Of a stretch of DNA of 64,000 nt, positions 46,514 through 56,393 are shown in pieces. The DNA comes from an uncultured Gammaproteobacteria bacterium. Lineage in GTDB: Bacteria; Patescibacteriota; Patescibacteriia; VMEV01; CAYQCH01. The stretch covers positions 237,804-301,803 of the forward strand of contig CAZDCG010000001.1 in assembly GCA_964503955.1 (NCBI GenBank), written 5' to 3'. Under the pieces are notes generated by a model. That model saw only the letters and a program-made list of their open reading frames with translations, searched no databases and was not told where the DNA came from. Every line of letters starts with the position of its first letter. Position 1 is the stretch's first letter. Made by a program: the position numbers and the translations under genes.

Positions 46514-48844
46514 TTACCGTGCTTCACGGACGATGCGCAAGCCTTCGCAAGCTTGCTCGTACTGATCACGATACCCGGCAAAATTCTTGTCGGACAGGTG
46601 CTTGCTGCATTCGTCCAGCTGCACCTCAGCAAGATCGGCGTACCGGGCTCGCCGCTCTCCCTGTTCAAAGGCTCCCATGTCCAGCAGGCTTTGCGCATGG
46701 CGCAGATCGATGAGCGGTGCGCCAGGCTTGAGCACTTGAAGGCGCTCAAGATCCTGGATGGCCGCCGTGGTATGCGCACGTGCCTCAGCCATCAGGTTAT
46801 TCCTTGTAAGAATTGCCTGATTTCGTTCGCCGCCCTGGGGCATGCGATTGATCTGCTGCGCGAGCTGTGATGCCGTTGTCACGCACTTGATAGCCAGGAG
46901 CCTGCGAATCTCCGCACGATGCTGAAGCACCATATGGAAGTTCGGATTCTGAGCGGCCGCCGCGAGCACGAAGTCGAGCGCCCGTTCGGGGTCGAGCGTG
47001 CTCATCAGCGCAGCCAAGGTGTACTTCTGCACCCATGAAGACCATTCGCGGCGAGCGAGTTCTCCGGCAAGCTGAACGAAGTGATTCTGCAGCCGCTCCG
47101 CTTCCTCGTTGAACCCGTCCCGCAAAACGACGGTCTGCGTCTGGTAGTAGATACCAACCGCGCGTCCGATACTTGCCGTCGGTTCTTCAAGCCGATCGAT
47201 AATCGAGTCGATCACCGGCCGCTCGGAGATGAAGACCTCGCTTCCCTCTCGGGTATAGGCCTCCACAGCGAGCAGCGCCTGCAAAAGATAGTCCTGACGC
47301 GTCTGGCCTTCGCTCTGCTCGGCCAGCCAGTCGTAGACCTCCACCACGCGAGGATCCTCGAGAATCGTGAGAGCCTCCGCCAGCAGAACATGCGCCTGCC
47401 GGTGCTCAGGATCAAGCTCCAGCGCGGCGAACAGCTCGTCGCGTGCCTGCTCCCACTGTGCGTAACGCGTGGCAAGATAGGCCTCGGACAGATGGCGTGA
47501 AAGACGGTTCTGACGGTTTTCCGTCTCAATCCGCGCTTCAGCCTCCTGCTTGGCCTGCGATTCCGCCTTGGCAAGCGCCTCGGCGGTGCGCCGCTTCTGA
47601 GACGCGACGATAGCCAGCAAACCAAGCAGCACCGAGATCACTGCGACAATAGCGAACAGAATCAGCATGAACTTCGCCCGCAGGCTTTGCTTGGCCGCAA
47701 AAGCGTTCAGTTCAATGCGTGTCTGCACATCAGCCTGGCGCTCCGCCTCGAAATGGGCTTCAAGATCGGCCAGCATTTCTCCCGCGTGGGCATGACGCCC
47801 TGCAGGATCATGCGAAAGACCTTTCTCCAACAGAGCGCGAATCGCAGGCGGGACGGAGAATTTCTCGATCTCCGCGAACTCCGCCGGCAGGCCGGGCTTG
47901 AGTATGGCTTCAAAGACTCCCATGGCCGTAGCCGGCGAACCGTGAAGCTTCACGCCCGTGATCAGCTCAAAGCCGATTTTGGCCAGCGCGTATACGTCGG
48001 TTCCGGGCGTGGTTGAATCGGAATTCACCTGTTCAGGCGCCATGTAGACCGGCGTTCCAAGCAAGGAGCCGTCTTCCGTGAGGCGCTGGCCAAGCTTATT
48101 GCCGCCCACAAGCCCCAGATCCATGACCACGCAGTCGCCATCGGCCTTGCGGACCATGATATTGGCCGGCTTGAGATCGCGGTGAACCAGCTCCGCCTTG
48201 TGAATCGCTTTCACACCCTTGAGCACGGAGCGGAACATGGACAGAGCCTGTTCAAGCGGGAGTCCTCCGGGGCGGATGATCTGCTTGAGATCCAGCCCCT
48301 CGATGTACTCCATGATGATCGCCTGATCGCTTCCCTCGTTGACCACCTGGAAGATGGTCACGACATTGGGGTGGCGGATCGCCGCCATGGCAGCGGCTTC
48401 ACGCATGAAGCGCAGGCGGGTTTCAAGGTCGACCGCGCCATCAAGACAAAGCTTGATCACTTCCCTGCGCTTGAGGCTGCGATTCTGGGCGAGGTAAACC
48501 ACTCCCATGGCGCCGCGCCCAAGCTCGTTCTCGATCTGGTGAGTCCTGCTCAGAAACCCCGTGTGCTGAGGCTCCCTGATTCCGGACTGGCTCTTGGCCG
48601 GCCCCGCAGCCGTTTCGTCCATGGAGCCAGCCGACTTCCACTGCGCGAGAAGGCCGGGCACTGCCTGCGCAGGCAGCCGTCCCAATCTCACGAGTTCAGC
48701 CAGCACCTGCTCAGGACTGCTGAAATTGTGCTGCGCGAAGTAGGTTTCCGCGCTCGCCGAGAGAGTCATCCCTCGAGACCGCAGAAACTGCAAAAACGTC
48801 CGCATGCTTCCCCCTTGCCCCGGATCGGGGCGATGATTGCTCAT
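46514..48844 (-). CDS. membrane Ser/Thr protein kinase with extracytoplasmic helical-repeat (TPR-like) sensor region
   Basis: Hanks motifs (GRGAMGVVYLA, HRDLKPANIMV, DLGLV, APE), a TM at FMLILFAIVAVISVLLGLLAIVA, and ~380 aa of helical repeats. The start is uncertain (48874/48844/48805); the track start is TTG. Confidence 0.8.
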   Translation of the reverse strand: MSNHRPDPGQGGSMRTFLQFLRSRGMTLSASAETYFAQHNFSSPEQVLAELVRLGRLPAQAVPGLLAQWKSAGSMDETAAGPAKSQSGIREPQHTGFLSRTHQIENELGRGAMGVVYLAQNRSLKRREVIKLCLDGAVDLETRLRFMREAAAMAAIRHPNVVTIFQVVNEGSDQAIIMEYIEGLDLKQIIRPGGLPLEQALSMFRSVLKGVKAIHKAELVHRDLKPANIMVRKADGDCVVMDLGLVGGNKLGQRLTEDGSLLGTPVYMAPEQVNSDSTTPGTDVYALAKIGFELITGVKLHGSPATAMGVFEAILKPGLPAEFAEIEKFSVPPAIRALLEKGLSHDPAGRHAHAGEMLADLEAHFEAERQADVQTRIELNAFAAKQSLRAKFMLILFAIVAVISVLLGLLAIVASQKRRTAEALAKAESQAKQEAEARIETENRQNRLSRHLSEAYLATRYAQWEQARDELFAALELDPEHRQAHVLLAEALTILEDPRVVEVYDWLAEQSEGQTRQDYLLQALLAVEAYTREGSEVFISERPVIDSIIDRLEEPTASIGRAVGIYYQTQTVVLRDGFNEEAERLQNHFVQLAGELARREWSSWVQKYTLAALMSTLDPERALDFVLAAAAQNPNFHMVLQHRAEIRRLLAIKCVTTASQLAQQINRMPQGGERNQAILTRNNLMAEARAHTTAAIQDLERLQVLKPGAPLIDLRHAQSLLDMGAFEQGERRARYADLAEVQLDECSKHLSDKNFAGYRDQYEQACEGLRIVREAR

Positions 48845-49079
48845 AGCCCCCTCGGAAAACGAAGGAAGAGTCATAAACAAGAACAACCGCGAACCATTCG
48901 CGGCCGCTCTTTATACCACAAAAGGAGCTTTATATCAAGCCCCACGTTATGATTGAACCAGCTAGATTAGCGAGACCAATCACAACCACATTGTCGAGCG
49001 CGGGGATCCCGTCCCCGCCCGAGGAGCGGCCCCAGCCTTTCAAGAGCCTCCATTCGGGCAGTCATGATATGATTTAGAC

Positions 49080-50516
49080 ATGAAGGATCCTTTCTCTGAC
49101 AAATCCTGGCCGTTTATCGATTCTCTGCTCAAAGCTTTCCCTCAAGCGGAGGTTTTCCTCGTGGGAGGATCGGTTCGTGACGCTTTGCTTGGCCGCCCGC
49201 AAAAGGATGATGATTTTGTCGTCCGCGGCATTGAACTTGAACAGCTCTCTGCCGCATTAAGCGAGTTTGGCAAAGTAAACCTGGTTGGCAAACGATTCGG
49301 CGTCATCAAATTCCGCCCGCATGACAGCCAGACAACCTATGACATTGCCCTGCCGCGCACCGAAAGCTCCCGCTCGTTTTCAGGGGCATATCGGGATTTC
49401 GATATCCAATCCGACCCGCATTTGCCCATTGAACAGGATCTCGCACGCAGGGATTTCACGATCAATGCCATGGCATTTGATTTACGGACAAAGCAGCTTG
49501 TCGATCCTTTTCTTGGCCGCAAAGATCTTGAGGACAAAGCCATTCGCGCTGTTGGTTCCCCAGCTCTTCGTTTTCAGGAGGATTACTCACGCATGCTGCG
49601 CGCGATCCGTTTTGCAAGCCAGCTTGGCTTCGCTTTGTCTGAAAAAACATCATTGGCCGTAAGAAAACTTGCTCCTCATCTTAATGACCGCATCGACAAT
49701 GAATGGGTGGTTTCAAGAGAAATCATCGGACAGGAATTCTTAAAATCATTCGACGCTTCGCCGCTCAATGCTCTGCGGCTGCTGGACGAATATCAAATAC
49801 TTGCGATTATCCTCCCCGAACTCAAAGCTCTGCAGACAACGGAGCAAACGCCTCCCTATCACCACGAAGGTACGGCATATGATCATGTGATGCTTGCGCT
49901 TAAAGCCACCGAATCGCCGGAGTATCAAATGCATTTCCCCAAGCCGCTTCCTCTGCTCAGCAAACTTGGCATTCTGTTTCACGATATTGCCAAACCGCTG
50001 ACTCCAAGCGTCGATAAAAAAGGACAGATCCATTTTTACGGGCATCAACACAAAGGCGCTGAACTCACCGCCGCCATTTGCCGACGCCTGCATTTCCCTG
50101 CCTCCTTATACGCAATTGATTGCGGCGATCTTGCCTGGATCGTGAAGCATCATCTTTTTGCCATTTCCGATTTCCATCAGCCGGCCCCTCTCACCACCCT
50201 TGAAGAGCTCTTCTTTTCGAAACGCCCCGGTGAAAGCCTTCAGCATGTTATCCTTGCAGATCTGATGGCCTCAAAAGCAGATAAAGGTATCAAGCGAGTA
50301 GAACTGTTTACGAGGTTGAAACAGCGCCTCAACGGGCTGGCTCCTGACGGAGTCTTGCCCGATCCTTTCTTGTCCGGCGATGATGTGATAGAGTTGCTGC
50401 ACATTAAACCGGGCCCGAAAATCAAGGAGATTCTGCTTGATCTGCGGGAACGCCAGCTGAAACGGGAGATCAAAACCAAACAGGAGGCGATTGATTACCT
50501 AAACGCATCAAAATGA
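49080..50516 (+). CDS. cca: CCA-adding tRNA nucleotidyltransferase with HD domain
   Basis: Pol-beta superfamily head (VFLVGGSVRD..LLGRPQKDDDF), TINAMAF, and RDFTINA...RF.ED..RMLRAIRFASQLGF. Confidence 0.8.
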   Translation: MKDPFSDKSWPFIDSLLKAFPQAEVFLVGGSVRDALLGRPQKDDDFVVRGIELEQLSAALSEFGKVNLVGKRFGVIKFRPHDSQTTYDIALPRTESSRSFSGAYRDFDIQSDPHLPIEQDLARRDFTINAMAFDLRTKQLVDPFLGRKDLEDKAIRAVGSPALRFQEDYSRMLRAIRFASQLGFALSEKTSLAVRKLAPHLNDRIDNEWVVSREIIGQEFLKSFDASPLNALRLLDEYQILAIILPELKALQTTEQTPPYHHEGTAYDHVMLALKATESPEYQMHFPKPLPLLSKLGILFHDIAKPLTPSVDKKGQIHFYGHQHKGAELTAAICRRLHFPASLYAIDCGDLAWIVKHHLFAISDFHQPAPLTTLEELFFSKRPGESLQHVILADLMASKADKGIKRVELFTRLKQRLNGLAPDGVLPDPFLSGDDVIELLHIKPGPKIKEILLDLRERQLKREIKTKQEAIDYLNASK

Positions 50517-51421
50517 ACTCATTTATTGTCCAACCGGAAGAATCCAATATGCGGCTCGATAAGTTTCTGAATGAAAAGCTGGCGGACATGACCCGCAGCC
50601 AAATTCAGAAATTGATTGAGCGAGGCTTTGTTACGGTAAACGGCAAGCAGCCCTCCGTTCATAAATTTCTGAAAAACGGAGATGAGATCTCCGTTACGCA
50701 GCCGGATATCGCGCCGCCTCCGCCTGTTCCAAAACTCACTGTCATCGCCGAAACTGACGATTATGTTGTCATTAATAAGCCCGCAGGAATTCTTACCCAT
50801 TCCGCAACCGCTTCACCTGATGCCCCGACAGTAACAAGCTGGGCATTGCAGCAGTATCCGCATATCGCTGAGGTCGGTGATCCGGGCCGGCCGGGAATCG
50901 TGCACAGACTTGATAAAGACACGTCCGGAGTCTTGGTCATCGCGAAAACGCAGGCCATGTATGACTCGCTCAAGCGCCAATTCCACGACCGGGAAGTGGA
51001 GAAAACCTACTTGGCTTTGGTTGAGGGGCATCTGGCCACGGAAAACGGATCCATCGATAAGCCGATCGGCCGTTCAAAGCAGCACCATCGCATGGCCGCG
51101 CGCACAACGCAGCTTGATGACCGGGACCGCGAAGCCGTAACGGAATATCAGGTCATAAACAGGTTTCAAAAGCGCGATTATGTGGAAGTGCATCCAAAAA
51201 CAGGCAGAACACACCAGATCCGCGTGCACCTGTACTCGCTTGGCAACCCGGTTGTGGGAGATACGCTTTACAAAATCCGGGCAATCAAACCGGATACAAC
51301 GCTTGGCAGATTATTTCTGCACGCGGCAAAACTGCGTTTTTCAGACCTTGCCGGCGAAAGAGTCAGCGTAAGCGCTCCGCTTCCAAAAGAACTTAAGCAT
51401 TACCTGGATTCACAAAAGTAG
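50513..51421 (+). CDS. rluD: RluA-family 23S rRNA pseudouridine synthase (RluD-like)
   Basis: S4 domain (RLDKFL), catalytic HRLDKDTSGVLVIAKT. Its start overlaps the cca stop. Confidence 0.75.
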   Translation: MNSFIVQPEESNMRLDKFLNEKLADMTRSQIQKLIERGFVTVNGKQPSVHKFLKNGDEISVTQPDIAPPPPVPKLTVIAETDDYVVINKPAGILTHSATASPDAPTVTSWALQQYPHIAEVGDPGRPGIVHRLDKDTSGVLVIAKTQAMYDSLKRQFHDREVEKTYLALVEGHLATENGSIDKPIGRSKQHHRMAARTTQLDDRDREAVTEYQVINRFQKRDYVEVHPKTGRTHQIRVHLYSLGNPVVGDTLYKIRAIKPDTTLGRLFLHAAKLRFSDLAGERVSVSAPLPKELKHYLDSQK

Positions 51422-51423
51422 CT

Positions 51424-52011
51424 ATGCCACGAGGAACTCTCACGGTCATGTCCGGTCCATCCGGCGTCGGTAAAAATGCCGTTGAGCAAAGACTGCGCTT
51501 GATATTGCCTGAACTGCAAAGAGTTGTGACCATGACCACGCGCAGCCCGCGCCCCAATGAACAGGAAGGAGTTGACTATCACTTCGTCACAAAGCACAAA
51601 TTTCAGGAATTAGCGGAGGCAAATGCGTTCATTGAGTGGGCCGTTGTGCACGACCAAATGTACGGTGCCCTCAAATCCTCGGTCGAGCAGGCGCTCGAGC
51701 AAGGCCGTCATCTGCTCTTGATTGTTGATGTGCAGGGAGCTCTCAAATATAAAGAAGTTTTTCCCGAAGCTCTGCTGATCTTTCTTGAGCCAGAGTCCAT
51801 GGATCAATTGAAAAAGCATCTGGCGCGCCGGTCCGGCTCCGACCAGGCGGACCTTGAATTACGCCTGAAGAACGCGGAAAAAGAGCTGGCTTTGCGTGAT
51901 TTTTATGATGAAATCGTGATAAACAGCGAAGGAAAGCTTCAGGAAACCGCCCGGCAGGTCGCCAATTTGATCCAAGTCCGCCTGAGCGGCTCCCCCGTTG
52001 ACAAAAAATAG
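51424..52011 (+). CDS. gmk: guanylate kinase
   Basis: P-loop SGPSGVGKN, and TTRSPRPNEQEGVDYHFV. Confidence 0.85.
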   Translation: MPRGTLTVMSGPSGVGKNAVEQRLRLILPELQRVVTMTTRSPRPNEQEGVDYHFVTKHKFQELAEANAFIEWAVVHDQMYGALKSSVEQALEQGRHLLLIVDVQGALKYKEVFPEALLIFLEPESMDQLKKHLARRSGSDQADLELRLKNAEKELALRDFYDEIVINSEGKLQETARQVANLIQVRLSGSPVDKK

Positions 52012-52107
52012 GGATATCGATATACTGTTGCTACTGAAATCCGCAGACGTACAGGTCTATCTGTCGTCTGTGTTTATTTGCGCCGATTCCAGCTAACTCT
52101 AACTTGT

Positions 52108-52461
52108 ATGGCGAAAAAGAAGAGCGCCCTCACATTCGACGAAATCAACATGTCAGACGTAAAACCTGGCATGGTTATTCGTTTGCACCAAACCATTAAG
52201 GACGTCAACGCAAAAGGCGAAGAAAAAGAACGTATCCAGGTATACGAAGGCTTGGTGATCCGCCACCGCGGAGGCAATGAAGCAGGCGCGACCATCACCG
52301 TTCGAAAAATCTCTGACGGCGTAGGCGTAGAAAAAATCTTCCCGGTTCATTTGCCAAGCATCAAAAAAGTAGAACTGGTCAAGCGATTCAAAGTCCGCCG
52401 CGCAAACCTCGGCTTTGTCCGAACCGAAAAGAAGCGCATGAAAGAAATTCAGGCGGCATAA
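52108..52461 (+). CDS. rplS: 50S ribosomal protein L19
   Basis: KERIQVYEGLVIRHRGGNEAGATITVRKISDGVGVEKIFPVHLPSIKKVELVKRFKVRRANL matches L19. Start at the first ATG (52108); the track start is TTG. Confidence 0.85.
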   Translation: MAKKKSALTFDEINMSDVKPGMVIRLHQTIKDVNAKGEEKERIQVYEGLVIRHRGGNEAGATITVRKISDGVGVEKIFPVHLPSIKKVELVKRFKVRRANLGFVRTEKKRMKEIQAA

Positions 52462-52474
52462 AACGAATTCCAAT

Positions 52475-52508
52475 CAAAAAACCTGCTTTTGTAAGCAGGT
52501 TTTTTGAT
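52475..52508. terminator. bidirectional terminator between rplS and tRNA-Leu(GAG)
   Basis: AAAAAACCTGCTT-ttgt-AAGCAGGTTTTTT. Confidence 0.65.
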
Positions 52509-52594
52509 TGGTGCGGACGGAGGGACTCGAACCCTCACCCTCTTACGAGGCTAGGCCCTCAACCTAGTGCGTATACCAATTCCGCCACGTCCGC
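52509..52594 (-). tRNA. tRNA-Leu (anticodon GAG), type II, CCA encoded
   Basis: Reverse complement GCGGACG..., anticodon arm CTAGG-TTGAGGG-CCTAG, long variable arm, T-arm GAGGG-TTCGAGT-CCCTC, CGTCCGC-A-CCA. Confidence 0.8.
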
Positions 52595-52810
52595 CAGCGT
52601 TTAATATTTAGCGAATCGTTTCGTTGGATTTTCCGGTGCACGATCGGTGTACAGGCGTACACCTCCGTGCGCTCCTCAAATCCGCCTCACGCTTCATCTA
52701 AATCTTAAACGCTGAAGGAAATTACTGCGGTCACGTCCGCCTGAGCTTCATGAAGCTCAGAAGAAACTGGCTATCCCAACAAGAAATCATTCATCAAAAA
52801 ATCACCAAAC

Positions 52811-52887
52811 TGGTGGGCGCTGAGGGATTCGAACCCCCGACCCTCTCGGTGTAAACGAGATGCTCTAGCCAGCTGAGCTAAGCGCCC
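52811..52887 (-). tRNA. tRNA-Val (anticodon TAC), CCA encoded
   Basis: Reverse complement GGGCGCT-TA-GCTCAGCTGGCTAGAGC, anticodon arm TCTCG-TTTACAC-CGAGA, T-arm GGGGG-TTCGAAT-CCCTC. Confidence 0.85.
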
Positions 52888-53058
52888 ACAAGTCTGATGA
52901 CCTGGTTTTGATAAAACAAGGCCTGTCCGTATTGGCAGGCGTGGCATCATAATACAATACCTCCATGGAAAAAACAAGAGGCCGCCCCCTTTTCCAAAGC
53001 GAATTTCATTGACATTCCCTCGATTTCCTCGTATTCTTTTCGTCATAGAAGTCTTCCT

Positions 53059-54102
53059 ATGTACAAATACGCAAACAATTTTGACCGCGAGACGCTTGAA
53101 AAAAAGCTTGCGGCTGAACCATTCAAACGAAAGGCTATTTCGTTCTATAAGTATGTCCGCCTGCAGGACGTACCTGCTTTGCGCAATAAACTCTACGCCG
53201 AATGGGAAGTGCTTGGCGTGCTTGGCCGCATCTATATCGCCGAGGAAGGAATCAATGCGCAGATCAGCGTGCCTGAGCATGAGGCAGATGCATTCCGCGC
53301 TTCTGTCGACCGTTATCCTTTTTTCAAAGACGTTCCTTTCAAGTTCGGCCTGGTCGACACAAAAGCGTTCATCAAGCTCACGATAAAAGTCAAAAAACAG
53401 ATCGTAGCAGATGGATTGACGATAGACGATTACGATATCGCAAATGTTGGCAACCACCTTGAACCGGAAGAATGGAACGAAGCGATGAGCAGCCCTGAAA
53501 CGATTGTGGTTGACATGCGCAATCATTATGAAAGCCGGATCGGCCGCTTTGAAAATGCGATCACTCCCGATGTCGATACGTTCAGAGAGGAATTGCCGAA
53601 AGTAAAAGAATTGCTGCAAGGCAAGGAAGACAAAAAAATTCTTCTGTACTGCACGGGAGGCATTCGCTGCGAAAAAGCCAGCGCGTATTTGAAGTCAAAA
53701 GGATTCAAAGATGTCAATCAACTCCACGGAGGCATCATCAATTATGGACATGCCGTGAAACAAGGACGTATCCAGAGCAAATATCTGGGCAAAAACTTCG
53801 TCTTTGACGAACGGCTTGCCGAACCGATCACGGATGATGTGCTTGCAGAATGCGACCAGTGCGGAGGAAAAAGCGACCGCCAAATCAATTGTAAAAATGA
53901 AACCTGCCACTTGCTTTTTATCCAATGCAATGACTGTGCTGCAAAAATGCAGGATTGCTGCTCGCAGGCCTGCATGGAATTTGCCGCCCTGGCGCTTGAA
54001 GAGCGAAGACGGCTGCGAAAACTGAATTCACATCCAACAAGCAAGTCGCAGTACGGAGAGCGGCTCAGACCAAGGCTCAAACAATCCGCGCGCCAGAACT
54101 AG
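53059..54102 (+). CDS. trhO: tRNA uridine(34) hydroxylase TrhO (rhodanese-like, YceA/UPF0176) with C-terminal Cys-rich tail
   Basis: YceA N-domain (ISFYKYVRL.D....R.....W..LGVLGRIYIAEEGINAQIS) and a rhodanese domain with catalytic Cys (LLYCTGGIRCEKASAYL). Confidence 0.75.
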   Translation: MYKYANNFDRETLEKKLAAEPFKRKAISFYKYVRLQDVPALRNKLYAEWEVLGVLGRIYIAEEGINAQISVPEHEADAFRASVDRYPFFKDVPFKFGLVDTKAFIKLTIKVKKQIVADGLTIDDYDIANVGNHLEPEEWNEAMSSPETIVVDMRNHYESRIGRFENAITPDVDTFREELPKVKELLQGKEDKKILLYCTGGIRCEKASAYLKSKGFKDVNQLHGGIINYGHAVKQGRIQSKYLGKNFVFDERLAEPITDDVLAECDQCGGKSDRQINCKNETCHLLFIQCNDCAAKMQDCCSQACMEFAALALEERRRLRKLNSHPTSKSQYGERLRPRLKQSARQN

Positions 54103-54105
54103 AGA

Positions 54106-54133
54106 CCGAACCCCGAAACGGGGTTCTTTGCTT
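54106..54133 (+). terminator. terminator after trhO
   Basis: GAACCCC-gaaac-GGGGTTC followed by TTTGCTT. Confidence 0.6.
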
Positions 54134-54183
54134 ATTGTCCAGCAGAAGCTTTCGTGGTAAGAAAGGATCAGGGAGGAGAATCC

Positions 54184-54795
54184 ATGGTTTTCTTTTTTCA
54201 AACGAGGCTTTCCAGAGCCTTTCCCGGTAAGGAAAAGGCCATTCTGAGGTGTTTTACACCTTTTAGATTCGCCCTGACACCGCCATGGTGGATGGGAACA
54301 ATTCTGATCAGCCAGGAAATCGGTCAGAGGCCGTCTAAGAACGGGCAGCCTGCCCAGCCGATCCGCCGCGAGCTCAAGCTCGCCGACCATTATCTGCCGG
54401 CAACCATCCCGCTGGATTTCAACCGAAGACATGGCCAGGAGCTTTCAGTCGTGCTCGACAGCCTTTGCCTTGCTCTCTGCAGCCGCCGAGGCCGATCGAC
54501 ACAACAGTACGAAGCACTGAAATCGCTGCTGCAGACGAAGATGCAGCAGACCGCCTACGGATTCCAACGATATCTGGACGGATACAATGTCCGTTTTCCC
54601 CAAGGATTCACCCAGATGCTTGGGAAGAACCTCTCGTACCTGCTGCTTGCCCAGGCTTGGTTTGAAGCTGTCGGCGAAGAAGACGATCGCGGACTCCGGC
54701 TGCTGCTGGAACTGTTCAAACGGGGAACACCGATCGTCTTCAGCGACACCAATCTTGAATGGCTGACCCTCTTCACCCTGCCGGCACAGGCGTGA
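54184..54795 (+). CDS. hypothetical protein
   Basis: GGGAGGAG ribosome-binding site before ATG 54184. No domain recognised. Confidence 0.4.
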   Translation: MVFFFQTRLSRAFPGKEKAILRCFTPFRFALTPPWWMGTILISQEIGQRPSKNGQPAQPIRRELKLADHYLPATIPLDFNRRHGQELSVVLDSLCLALCSRRGRSTQQYEALKSLLQTKMQQTAYGFQRYLDGYNVRFPQGFTQMLGKNLSYLLLAQAWFEAVGEEDDRGLRLLLELFKRGTPIVFSDTNLEWLTLFTLPAQA

Positions 54796-54845
54796 AGCGC
54801 GCAAGGAGGGACAAACACCGCTGCGAAAAACAGCGGTGTTCCCAT

Positions 54846-55379
54846 TTAAGCGCGCGCGTTTTTCAACGCGGTCGCGTACCAGAACATTTCTTCAAAAAGC
54901 TGATCAATCGATTTGCCGTAGATTTCATGCAGCTCTTTGTCTGTTGTCTCCTCCGAAATCTGCTGCACGTATACGCTTCGAGGAACAGGAACCATTTTTA
55001 ATCCAAGCGCCGTCCACTCGAGCTGCTGCGCGGCTTTTGTTCCCCCTCGTCCATCCGAAACCGTCACAATCCCCATCGGTTTGCGGTGGTATTCAACATA
55101 AGCCTTGTCCAGCAGAATTTTCAACTCTCCCGGATAGCCTCGATTGTATTCAGGCGAAACAATAATCAACCCGTCCGCTTTGCTGGCGATCATCTGCCAT
55201 CGCTGCACAAGCTCGTCTTCAGGATCCTTTGTAGTGACAAGCGTGGCAAAATCCGCAACAAAAATCATTTCCGTATTGACCTTTCGGTCTTTCAGTTCAG
55301 CGAGAACGAATTCAGCAACTTTTTGCGTATTGCTGCCCTCTCTGCCTGTTCCAAGAATGGTAGGGATAAACAATGGCAT
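54846..55379 (-). CDS. NAD(P)H-dependent FMN reductase family oxidoreductase
   Basis: Flavodoxin-like fold, with IIVSPEYNRGYPGELK matching SsuE/ArsH-type FMN reductases. Confidence 0.7.
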   Translation of the reverse strand: MPLFIPTILGTGREGSNTQKVAEFVLAELKDRKVNTEMIFVADFATLVTTKDPEDELVQRWQMIASKADGLIIVSPEYNRGYPGELKILLDKAYVEYHRKPMGIVTVSDGRGGTKAAQQLEWTALGLKMVPVPRSVYVQQISEETTDKELHEIYGKSIDQLFEEMFWYATALKNARA

Positions 55380-55381
55380 AG

Positions 55382-55849
55382 TTATGACAATGATTCCAGA
55401 TCGGCAAGCACCTCTTTGGCATGATCAGCTGGTTTTACCTTCGGGTAGATTTTGGCAATCTTGCCGGTTGGATCGATCAAAAATGACATGCGATTGATGC
55501 CCATGTATTCTCGCCCCATGAATTTCTTCTTCCCCCAGACACCGTATGCCTTCACAACGGTTTTCTCTTCATCTGCGAGGAGATCAAACGGGAGTCCGTA
55601 TTTTTCAACAAATTTTTTATGCCTTGCAACACTGTCCGCGCTCACGCCAAGCACCTCCACCTTTTGCTTTTTATAATCTGCATACTGGTCTCTAATACCG
55701 CAAGCTTCCTTTGTGCACCCAGGCGTATCGTCTTTTGGGTAGAAATACAGAAGCAGCCACTTGCCTTTGTAATCAGAAAGCTTATGCATTTCCCCGTCCT
55801 GATCGGCGAGCGCGAAGGCAGGGGCTTTGTCCCATTCTTTGAGTTTCAT
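55382..55849 (-). CDS. bcp: peroxiredoxin Bcp (thiol peroxidase)
   Basis: FYPKDDTPGCTKEAC peroxidatic-Cys motif. Confidence 0.85.
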   Translation of the reverse strand: MKLKEWDKAPAFALADQDGEMHKLSDYKGKWLLLYFYPKDDTPGCTKEACGIRDQYADYKKQKVEVLGVSADSVARHKKFVEKYGLPFDLLADEEKTVVKAYGVWGKKKFMGREYMGINRMSFLIDPTGKIAKIYPKVKPADHAKEVLADLESLS

Positions 55850-55982
55850 ATTCGTGAGTGGTTACAAATTATGTGTTGCTGATTGTAGGTGACATGCTTG
55901 TACTTGAACTCTAACAGACTTAGAACTCAAGCTCGTATTCGAGTTGAGCGATGAATAAAATACAGCATCGACTCCTTTAAAC

Positions 55983-56393
55983 CTACAGCCGTACATAGCT
56001 TAGAACAAGGATGACGGTTGTCAATGCGGCTGATATGACACACCAACTGCACCAGTTTTTAAGCACAAATGCCTGAATAGAGAGGAGATACAGAGAGAAC
56101 AGAAATCCGCTGATGCTGGCAAAAACCAGAAGCTGATAAACAATGGCGGGCAGAATAAATTCATAAATCATCAGCTTATAGGCTCCGGCAATCATGCCAT
56201 AATACGCCATGCCAAGCAGCGTTACTTCCATGCCTAAAACCCTGGCGTATCTGCTATGGATCACGGAATCGCAGGTATGGCCGATCGGACAGACAAGCGG
56301 GGCTTCCTTGCGTCTGCGCTTATGCAGATAGATATACAAAGCAATGCAAAAACCTGAAAGAGCGCAAAGCACAATCATCCATTCAATCAACAT
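55983..56393 (-). CDS. vitamin K epoxide reductase (VKOR) family membrane protein
   Basis: Four TM helices, a loop Cys pair (CPIGHTC) and the active-site CSWC. Confidence 0.7.
   Translation of the reverse strand: MLIEWMIVLCALSGFCIALYIYLHKRRRKEAPLVCPIGHTCDSVIHSRYARVLGMEVTLLGMAYYGMIAGAYKLMIYEFILPAIVYQLLVFASISGFLFSLYLLSIQAFVLKNWCSWCVISAALTTVILVLSYVRL

Noticed and set aside
52771-53619. 282-aa minus-strand ORF
   Set aside because: Antisense to trhO (53059-54102) and running across tRNA-Val. The sequence is not protein-like.
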